Positions 44,642 through 54,162 of a stretch of DNA of 64,000 bases are shown piece after piece (position 1 is the stretch's first letter; the number at the start of each line of letters is the position of its first letter). The stretch covers positions 32,001 through 96,000 of the forward strand of contig OZ241456.1 in assembly GCA_965200875.1 (NCBI GenBank). The letters are read 5' to 3'. A model generated the notes under the pieces. The model had not been told where the DNA came from and searched no databases. It saw only the letters and a program-made list of their open reading frames with translations. A program made the position numbers and the translations under genes. The stretch comes from Bdellovibrionales bacterium. GTDB lineage: Bacteria > Bdellovibrionota > Bdellovibrionia > Bdellovibrionales > UBA1609.

Positions 44642-44859
44642 GTATTGGTAATAAGCTTTTTGTCCGGGCGACTCCTAAGTCAAAAATCCTTACTTCCCAC
44701 TTTGTTGAGAAAGGTTTTGAAAACACTCAACAGCTAAAAAAAGGTCGCTTAAATCCGAAATCACCTCGAAACATGTTCTACCTTATCGCGAGGTGGTTAT
44801 GAGCAAAAAACTTTTTATATTCTTTTAAGTGATTTGCCGAACTTTTTTTTAAATACAGC

Positions 44860-45069
44860 TTACTTTTCTACAGAAGAGCTTAATTGGAGATCGATCTTTG
44901 GAACATGAGGCTTTTTTACAGTTTTAAGTTTGTTGGCCAGCACATTATCTGCAGCTTTTTGACAAATTTTTTCAAATTCCACATTCAAAGCCTGAATAGC
45001 CTCATCTGAAGTTTTAAGACCCCTAGTTTTAAATAGATCTTTTGTTTTTTTAACGATAATTAAAGACAT
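44860..45069 (-). CDS. Bacterial histone-fold protein (Bd0055/HBb-like)
   Basis: LIIVKKTKDLFKTRGLKTSDEAIQAL..EKICQKA..N.LKTV aligns by eye with Bdellovibrio Bd0055 as recalled (LVVTSKVKKLIKEKGQMNTSAETIDVL..EQLCLKG..ADGRKTV); AAGGAG RBS. Confidence 0.82.
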   Translation of the reverse strand: MSLIIVKKTKDLFKTRGLKTSDEAIQALNVEFEKICQKAADNVLANKLKTVKKPHVPKIDLQLSSSVEK

Positions 45070-45213
45070 TTCGTTCTCCTTTTTTTGATTAAATAATTAA
45101 CTGATGAATCATCATAGTTATTATAAAAAACCCGCCTTATGTCCAGAAGGAAAACAAGGTTTTTTAGCATTTTTTATAAAAAATGAGATTTTTTATTGAA
45201 TTTAAGCCACTTT

Positions 45214-45498
45214 TTACCGGGTACGCCTAGAAGAACCACCTTTGCTTCGGGATTTTCTGTTCTGCTGGCGACGAGAAGGTGTTTCCACTATGCCGACAAC
45301 ATTAGCTACAATACCAGCCACATTCACTTCTCGGCTAGCTGTTTTATCTGCGGAATTTTCACTGGAATATTCACACGCGGCGGCTTTTTTCCCATAAGGG
45401 GAATCCACAGGCCCCACATTCGAAAAAGCTCCCATAGACAAAAATAAAAAAAATCCGATAATTATAAAATAACTTGACATACTACACCCACCTTTCAT
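45214..45498 (-). CDS. Small secreted hypothetical protein with basic tail
   Basis: Signal-like YFIIIGFFLFLSMGAFS, Arg/Ser-rich C-terminus. Confidence 0.55.
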   Translation of the reverse strand: MKGGCSMSSYFIIIGFFLFLSMGAFSNVGPVDSPYGKKAAACEYSSENSADKTASREVNVAGIVANVVGIVETPSRRQQNRKSRSKGGSSRRTR

Positions 45499-45607
45499 TT
45501 TATTTTATCGGCTGTTCCATATTTTTCTCAAGCTTTTTTTTATTTTCTTGAACAAAAACCCTGGATTTTTTACTCCAAATACAGAGAATTATTAAGAATA
45601 CGCTCCT

Positions 45608-46783
45608 CTATTTTTTTTCGACAAAATAAGATACTTTTATTTCTGATCCTGTTTCCAAAGCGGAGTTAAAAACCAATTTTTTGCCTTTAATCGTCCAATC
45701 TGTTCGATTTTTTCCTTTTACAAACTCCACCTTAATTTCTTCGGGCAAAAGGGGTTCCTGATCCAACTTAAGACTTTCTATCAGATTCCTCAAAAGATGA
45801 GAGATTTCTTGCAAAGAAGGACCATAATTTTCCTCACAAAGAGAAATATTTTTACCATGAGTTAACTCAGCCAACTTAGAAACTTTTTCCCCATAAACAG
45901 AATTAGGGGAATGTTTTTTTTGAAGATTGAGACATTCCTCATCTTGAATCAGCAACGCAAAAGAATGAAATGATTTTCCCGGGAACCAGGTTTTAAAGTT
46001 TTCCACCACTTCTTCGGCCTTCGTGGCATTATCAGGTTCTTCCACACGCTCATCTTCATCTGTTACAAGAAAACTGATAAAATCCGCAGACTTTCTAAGA
46101 GAAAAAGAAGAAGAGGAATCCTCTTCCTCAGCCATTCGCTCCAGACTGGAGTTCAGGACACGCAAAGGCTGTTCCAAAGAACCCTGACAATAGGGTGCAT
46201 GAGAACAATCCTCATTCGGGGTTTTGGTTAAAGTGTCTTTAAACACATTTACATAATCCGGTGTCTGCACATTCAATGTTTTTTGATTTAATTTTTTTCC
46301 CTGATATTCCAGATCCATAAAATGGCCAAAGTGAGGAGCACTTCCCTCATAGTCTCTCCAGTGCTGATGAGAGGAAATAATCATCACATCCTGGCCGGTA
46401 ATGGGATCTTTTTCATAGTCCCCGTGATCGGCTGTAGTAAAAAAAATCTGCCAGTCGCTTATGGAAATTTGAGACATCAAATCCGAAAAGGCCTGCCCTA
46501 AGCGAGACAAATCCTCCAACATAGAAAGAGACACATCCACTACAAATAAAAAATCAACAGATTTTTTACCTAGCTCCTCCACATAAAAAGTTTGCACTTT
46601 TTGCTCCACGCAAACTGTTTTTCCTCCAATAATCCTCTCTAAACATCCTGAAGTTTTTTCCTGCACGACGGGGGGTGCTTCTTCTTCCTCTTCCCCTGCC
46701 TCTCTTAGAAATTCCACCTGAGAGCCACAAGAAAAAAAAACAAATCCAAAAAAGAATAAAAGAATAATTTTACTGAATCTCAA
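45608..46783 (-). CDS. vWA/MIDAS-domain lipoprotein
   Basis: Lipobox FFSC, FLFVVDVSLSM (DxSxS), VTDEDE. Confidence 0.85.
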   Translation of the reverse strand: MRFSKIILLFFFGFVFFSCGSQVEFLREAGEEEEEAPPVVQEKTSGCLERIIGGKTVCVEQKVQTFYVEELGKKSVDFLFVVDVSLSMLEDLSRLGQAFSDLMSQISISDWQIFFTTADHGDYEKDPITGQDVMIISSHQHWRDYEGSAPHFGHFMDLEYQGKKLNQKTLNVQTPDYVNVFKDTLTKTPNEDCSHAPYCQGSLEQPLRVLNSSLERMAEEEDSSSSFSLRKSADFISFLVTDEDERVEEPDNATKAEEVVENFKTWFPGKSFHSFALLIQDEECLNLQKKHSPNSVYGEKVSKLAELTHGKNISLCEENYGPSLQEISHLLRNLIESLKLDQEPLLPEEIKVEFVKGKNRTDWTIKGKKLVFNSALETGSEIKVSYFVEKK

Positions 46784-46842
46784 AACTTCTTCCTATTTTC
46801 CATAAAAGTTAAACAAAATCTTTTTTTTCATAATGCAAAAAA

Positions 46843-48024
46843 TTATCGTTCATACCTATAACTGACTGTTACTTCTGTATTGGGTACAATATCTTCAGAA
46901 AATATCAGCTTTCTTCCATAAAGCTTCCAGGAAACATTCGGTTGCTCAGGAATTAAAGAAACCTTTACAGTTTCTGGAATATAAAACATTTCACTTAAAG
47001 TGAGAGACTGCATAAGGGCTCTGGTGATTTTGGAAATTTCCGCCAGAACTGAACCATAGTCTTCAGAACAAAGAGAAATATTTTTTCCTCCTGTCAATTC
47101 TGCAAGTCGCCCTACAATATGACCATAGCTTGCTTTACTACCGAAAAGACCAGCCCTCTTTTCTTCTCTGTAACACTGTTCATCTTGAATACTGATACTA
47201 AAACCAAACAACCTTTTTCCTTGGCCTTTAAAAACATTTTTATAAGTTTGAATTACTTTTTCTGCGGTTGTGGCTCTGCGAAAATCCTCACTTCTTTCAT
47301 CTTCATCTGTAGCAATAATAACCACTGTATCCACTCCGGGTTTAAAAAACTGCCGGGCTTTCTTATCTGTTTTGTAACGACTTACAGCTGATAAAAGTGA
47401 GCGCAAAGGTTGTTCATTATGGGACTGACAGAAAGGAGGACGCTCACAATCGGAAGGATCCTGTCTAGTAAGAGTATCTTGAAAAACTGTCTCATACCTA
47501 GGAGTATCCCGATTCAAAATAAATTGTTGCAGGACTTCTCCATTTCTTTCCAATCTCATAAATTTACCAAAACGAGGATCATCTCCTGTATAACTCTCCC
47601 ATCTGTCTGGTGTCCCCTGCTTAGACTGATCATGATCTCCATGATCCGCTGTGGTAAAGGCCATTCTCCAGTTTTTATCTTGAATATAAGATAAAAGAGA
47701 CAACATGTTTTTACCTGTATTTTTCAGATTATCATCCATAGACTCAGAAACATCCACTACAAATAAAATTTCCAGTTCTTTTCGATCGGATATTTTAAAA
47801 GTTTCTGTTAAATAACCTTTTTGTTCCTTATTTATACTCCTTAAAAAGGGGGAACCTTCCTTACTTCCTTTTTTTACACAGTCAGTCTGGTTTGCCTCAC
47901 ATTCTAGGGAGTAATCCTTATAATCCATGATTTTGCTTTGAGAACCTTCCTTTCCTCCGTGAAAGTTCATACGACTACAGCTCCAAAAAAAGAAAAAACA
48001 AAAAAGCAAAATAATTATTTTCAT
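46843..48024 (-). CDS. vWA/MIDAS-domain lipoprotein (paralog of neighbour)
   Basis: Lipobox FWSC, ILFVVDVSESM, FTTADHGD, ATDEDER. Confidence 0.85.
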   Translation of the reverse strand: MKIIILLFCFFFFWSCSRMNFHGGKEGSQSKIMDYKDYSLECEANQTDCVKKGSKEGSPFLRSINKEQKGYLTETFKISDRKELEILFVVDVSESMDDNLKNTGKNMLSLLSYIQDKNWRMAFTTADHGDHDQSKQGTPDRWESYTGDDPRFGKFMRLERNGEVLQQFILNRDTPRYETVFQDTLTRQDPSDCERPPFCQSHNEQPLRSLLSAVSRYKTDKKARQFFKPGVDTVVIIATDEDERSEDFRRATTAEKVIQTYKNVFKGQGKRLFGFSISIQDEQCYREEKRAGLFGSKASYGHIVGRLAELTGGKNISLCSEDYGSVLAEISKITRALMQSLTLSEMFYIPETVKVSLIPEQPNVSWKLYGRKLIFSEDIVPNTEVTVSYRYER

Positions 48025-48188
48025 GGCTTTCTTCTATTTCGGAAAACTCACAAAAAACCTTTAATTTATGGCTGGATATTGATTTGTTGCTTAGAATTTT
48101 AGGGAAAATCAGAAAAATATATTAAGCTAAAAGTCCTGTCTGGAACAAAAACTGCCAGAAACTTCTTTTAGAAGTCCGTGAAAATTGT

Positions 48189-48587
48189 TTACTCACCTAG
48201 TTTTACAGGCTGATGAGAAGAGATATCTCTTTGATCTGCACTTTGACTTTCTTCCATACTGTCAAAGTTATCGAAAGACTGCTCCATCTGTTTGAATAAT
48301 CCAGAATGCCATTCCACGATAGCATTATTTTTCATAATTTTATTTTGAGCCAACCCTTTAAGGAGTGGAAATTTTTGATTTATCACTCTTTTTTCTGCTT
48401 GAGCCATATTTTTCAAATACTGACTAATCGTGGATTGTTTTAATTCCTGCTCAATCCATTCCTCCACACTTTTTTGCCCCACCTGCACCTGAAGCAAGAT
48501 AACAAAAAAACAGGCACAAGCAATCTTGAACCAAAAAATCAAAAACCGGATTAAAAAACCACTTAAAAAACCACTTAAAAGTCGCAT
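48189..48587 (-). CDS. Hypothetical membrane-anchored protein
   Basis: N-terminal hydrophobic segment; translationally coupled to the upstream regulator. Confidence 0.65.
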   Translation of the reverse strand: MRLLSGFLSGFLIRFLIFWFKIACACFFVILLQVQVGQKSVEEWIEQELKQSTISQYLKNMAQAEKRVINQKFPLLKGLAQNKIMKNNAIVEWHSGLFKQMEQSFDNFDSMEESQSADQRDISSHQPVKLGE

Positions 48588-48985
48588 CAGGCTACCATTT
48601 CCATTTGTTCTTCCTGTTTTACAGCAGAGAATACTGCTTTTACCATTTCATCAGATTTAAAAGGTTTATTTATAAAATACATAGCCCCAGCTAGTTCACT
48701 TTGTGTCCGAACATATTCTGTCTGAAGACTGGAACAAACAATAACTTTTGTCTCATCATACATCTGATTGATCTTATGTATCAATGAAAGACCATTTTCC
48801 CTGGGTAATACCAAATCCACTAACACTACATCCGGTTTTAAACCCTTGATTTTAGAAAAAGCCTGTTCACCACCTGAACCTACCATACCCAGCACCTCAA
48901 TGCCGGCCAAAGTAAAAACCCGGTAAAGCATTTCTCTTAAAAAAGAAGCATCTTCCACTATAAAAACCCGAGGCTTGTTATTCAT
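48587..48985 (-). CDS. CheY-like response regulator
   Basis: IVEDA, LVDLVLPRENG, CSS, KPF. Confidence 0.9.
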   Translation of the reverse strand: MNNKPRVFIVEDASFLREMLYRVFTLAGIEVLGMVGSGGEQAFSKIKGLKPDVVLVDLVLPRENGLSLIHKINQMYDETKVIVCSSLQTEYVRTQSELAGAMYFINKPFKSDEMVKAVFSAVKQEEQMEMVA

Positions 48986-49094
48986 ATAAAAACTTTCGGC
49001 AGATAAAGCTCAAAAATTGAATATTTTTTTTTCTTTCCAAAAAGATCTTTCTATAAAACTATAATCCCCGACTTAAAGAGTAGTATCATAAAAC

Positions 49095-49128
49095 AAAAAA
49101 AGAGGGGAAAACCTCTCTCCCTCTTTTT
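49095..49128 (-). terminator. Intrinsic terminator after groEL
   Basis: AAAAAGAGGG...CCCTCTTTTT hairpin with flanking A/T runs, about 40 nt past the stop. Confidence 0.75.
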
Positions 49129-49168
49129 GAAAAATTCAAACTTACGGTAAAATTATTCTGTTCTGCCT

Positions 49169-50881
<1,713 letters not shown>

Positions 50882-51175
50882 TTAGTTAATTACCCCATAA
50901 ATATCCCCTTCACTCATCATCAAAAGCTCTTCACTGCCTAACTTAAATTCCGTGCCGGAGTATTTCCCGAACAAAATTTCATCTCCAGGCTTTACTTCCA
51001 AAGGAAGATTTTTGCCTTCATCTGTAACACGTCCTTTTCCAGTGAAAAGAACCTTCCCTCTTTGAGGCTTTTCTTTGGCTGTATCGGGAATAATAATACC
51101 TCCTGGGGTTTTTTCCTCTTCAGGAAGCCGTTTTACGATAATACGATCATTTAGGGGGCGAATATTAATGTCCAT
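50882..51175 (-). CDS. groS: Co-chaperonin GroES
   Basis: IRPLNDRI, GGIIIPDTAKEKP, KYSGTE; AGGAG RBS before ATG 51175. Confidence 0.97.
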   Translation of the reverse strand: MDINIRPLNDRIIVKRLPEEEKTPGGIIIPDTAKEKPQRGKVLFTGKGRVTDEGKNLPLEVKPGDEILFGKYSGTEFKLGSEELLMMSEGDIYGVIN

Positions 51176-51363
51176 AACACTTCTCCTTTCCAATTTTTAA
51201 TAAGTTTAAACAATGGTTTAAAATTTTTTCCAGACTTATAGCCCGGCTTGTCATTCAATATGAAAACTACTCCATTTTTGTCAAGCAGAACAAGAAAAAT
51301 AAATAAAAAAAATTATATATATTAAAAAACTTTTATTATATCAAGTATTTATAAAAATAATAA

Positions 51364-54162
51364 TTATAAAACCTTTTTCAAAAAGGAGGAAGTGAAACCC
51401 AAAGAGCTTTTAGCCACTTCTTGAGGAGCACCCTGAACAAGTATTTCTCCTCCTTTTGGACCCGCGTGAGGCCCCATATCAATTATATAGTCCGATTGAC
51501 GAATCAAATCCAAATTATGCTCGATCAACAAAACACTACTACCTTTTTTCACCAAGTCCCTTAAAAGCCCAAGCAATAGATCCACCTCCTGAAAATGAAG
51601 TCCCACTGTAGGCTCATCCAATATATAAAGGGTGTTCTTCAAATTGCCATTCAAAAGCTCACGAGCCAGTTTAAGCCTCTGGGATTCTCCCCCGGAAAGG
51701 GAAGAAAGACTTTGCCCCAAAATCAGATAATCCAGCCCCACTTTCCTTAAAAAAGAAAGAGGTTTCCATATAGCTGGATAAGAAACAAAAAATTCCCCAG
51801 CTTCAGCCACTGTCATATTTAATATCTGATGAATATTCCTATTTTTCCATTTCAAATGCAAAACCTCAGGTCTAAACCTCTTACCCTTGCACTCTTCACA
51901 GGGAATACGTACGGCATCCATAAATACCATCTCTATTTCCTGATATCCCAAGCCCTGGCAAAAAGGACAACGACCTCCTTCCACATTCAAGCTAAAAAGC
52001 CTGGGTTCGACCTCCAATATCCCTCGCTTGTTATGACTCTCAGCCATAATAGATCTGATATGACTGTAGATTTTCAGATAAGTAACCGGAAGACTTCTTT
52101 TGGTTTTTTCCATGAGCGCGGAATCCAGCCAAACCACCTGCTGAAGATACTTAGCCCCTTTTAAACTTTTATAGGGATGACCTTTCAGGGCTTTTTTTCC
52201 CAAATTACTGACCAAAGCCGGATAAAGGGTTTGACTGACCAGAGTGGACTTACCAGATCCACTCACTCCTGTCACACTAACCAAACGATTCAAAGGCACC
52301 TTAAGGCACACATTTTTCAAGTTATGTGCTTTACATCCCGAAATTTCCAAAAAATATTTATAGTTCTCCTCCTCCACGGGCTTAAAAGGAGCTAAATTCT
52401 TTTCCTTACGAACAAGATAAGAGCGGGTTAAAGAGGTTTTGTTGTTTAAAAAATCCTTTTTCTCCCCCGCAAACAAAACTTCCCCGCCACCGAGACCCGC
52501 ACGAGGCCCCATTTCCACAATAAAATCCGCCTGCTTTATCACATCAGGGTCATGCTCCACCACCACCAAAGTATTTCCTCTTTGTTTTATTTTCTTCAAA
52601 AGTGCTATCAAACTTAAACTGTCTTTTGAATGAAGTCCCACTGTAGGTTCATCCAATACATACAATACCTGGGAAAGCCCAAGACCCAGCTGATGAATAA
52701 GATTTAATCTTTGAAATTCCCCGCTGGAAAGAGTTTTAACCAGACGATTCAGCTGAAGGTAATCCAATCCGATATCATGCAATCCTTCTAGGATGAACTG
52801 GATTTTTTGAACAATTTCTCCGATTTTTTTCCGCTCCACGGGCTGAAAGGAAAGAGCCTGAAAAAACTCTCTCAATTCCCCCACATTCATGGAAAGCATT
52901 TCCTTAAGATTTTTTTGGCGGAACACAACATGGGAAACTTCTTTTCGAAACCTGCTCCCTTCACACTCCTGACAGGATTTAGTACTTTTATAGCGGGATA
53001 AAAAAACCCTGACATGAAGTTTATATTTTTTATTCTCCAAATAATCAAAAAAGCCTTTCACCCCTATAAAGTGAGAAGTACCCTCCCATATTTTTTTTCT
53101 CTGCCGGGCGGGAAGTTTTTCCCACGGACAGTGCAAATCAATATTTTGATTTTTGCAAAACTGTTTTAAACTTCTTAATTCTGCTATGGCCGATGGCATG
53201 GTAAAAGGAAAAATAGCTCCCTCCATTAAAGATTTACCGGGTTCAGGAATCACTTTTTTTTCATCCAAAGTCAGATGATTCCCAAAACCTTTGCAAGAAG
53301 GACAAGCTCCTAAAGAGGAGTTAAAATTAAAAAAAGAGCTTTGTAGAGGAAAAAATGGGAATTGATACGCACAATAAATACAAGCCGGAGTTTCACTGAG
53401 AATAAGGGTTTTGTTTTCTAGGCTGGTCACCAGAGCCAAGCCCTTAAGGGAGCTTTTATTATACCGAAGAAAAACTTTATAAGCGGATTTCAGGGAATCC
53501 GTTAAACGAGTTTTGTCCTTAAACACCAGCCGATCCAAAACCACATAAAATTTTTTTCTGGGAATATTTTTTCCAGAAGAGCGCAGATCATATATTTTCG
53601 GAAAACAGTTTTTCTTCTCCTCCCACCATATTCGATAAAAGCCTTCCTGCAAGAGTTTTTTTTTAAGACGAGTGGGGGAAAGACCTGTCAAAGAAGGGTG
53701 GAGGGGAACAGATAATATTCCTTTTCCTTCGGGAAATATTTGTTGCACTTTCTCTGCTCCCTTTCCCGGAAAATATGCACACAGAGGGATCTTATGCTCA
53801 GGACAAAGTATCTGACCTGCATGAGTGAATAACAATCGTAAAAAATCTGCCAGCTCTGTTAAAGTGGCCACTGTGGGACGAAAAGAACGCACAGAATTTT
53901 TCTGCTCCAAAGCCAAAGCCGGAGGAATATTTTGTATATCCTTCACAAGGGGTTTAGGAAGTTCCTGAATATATTGTCTGGCGTAGTTGGAAAGAGTCTC
54001 AGTATAATGCCTCTGGCCTTCCGCAAAAAGGGTCTGAAAAGCTAAAGAGCTTTTTCCGGACCCACTTGGACCACATACCACTGTAAAAGAACCCAACGGA
54101 ATTTTTAAATCAACGGATTTTAAATTGTTTTGTTTTGCCTCTTTAATTTCAATATATTTCAC
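51364..54162 (-). CDS. uvrA: Excinuclease ABC subunit A family protein
   Basis: Two ABC modules (GPSGSGKSS, GVSGSGKST; LSSGE/LSGGE; LDEPTVGLH) and Zn fingers. Confidence 0.93.
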   Translation of the reverse strand: MKYIEIKEAKQNNLKSVDLKIPLGSFTVVCGPSGSGKSSLAFQTLFAEGQRHYTETLSNYARQYIQELPKPLVKDIQNIPPALALEQKNSVRSFRPTVATLTELADFLRLLFTHAGQILCPEHKIPLCAYFPGKGAEKVQQIFPEGKGILSVPLHPSLTGLSPTRLKKKLLQEGFYRIWWEEKKNCFPKIYDLRSSGKNIPRKKFYVVLDRLVFKDKTRLTDSLKSAYKVFLRYNKSSLKGLALVTSLENKTLILSETPACIYCAYQFPFFPLQSSFFNFNSSLGACPSCKGFGNHLTLDEKKVIPEPGKSLMEGAIFPFTMPSAIAELRSLKQFCKNQNIDLHCPWEKLPARQRKKIWEGTSHFIGVKGFFDYLENKKYKLHVRVFLSRYKSTKSCQECEGSRFRKEVSHVVFRQKNLKEMLSMNVGELREFFQALSFQPVERKKIGEIVQKIQFILEGLHDIGLDYLQLNRLVKTLSSGEFQRLNLIHQLGLGLSQVLYVLDEPTVGLHSKDSLSLIALLKKIKQRGNTLVVVEHDPDVIKQADFIVEMGPRAGLGGGEVLFAGEKKDFLNNKTSLTRSYLVRKEKNLAPFKPVEEENYKYFLEISGCKAHNLKNVCLKVPLNRLVSVTGVSGSGKSTLVSQTLYPALVSNLGKKALKGHPYKSLKGAKYLQQVVWLDSALMEKTKRSLPVTYLKIYSHIRSIMAESHNKRGILEVEPRLFSLNVEGGRCPFCQGLGYQEIEMVFMDAVRIPCEECKGKRFRPEVLHLKWKNRNIHQILNMTVAEAGEFFVSYPAIWKPLSFLRKVGLDYLILGQSLSSLSGGESQRLKLARELLNGNLKNTLYILDEPTVGLHFQEVDLLLGLLRDLVKKGSSVLLIEHNLDLIRQSDYIIDMGPHAGPKGGEILVQGAPQEVAKSSLGFTSSFLKKVL

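Noticed and set aside
51176..51363. CIRCE element upstream of groES
   Set aside because: No TTAGCACTC-N9-GAGTGCTAA seen; only a TTGACA box (minus strand, near 51290) with a weak -10.
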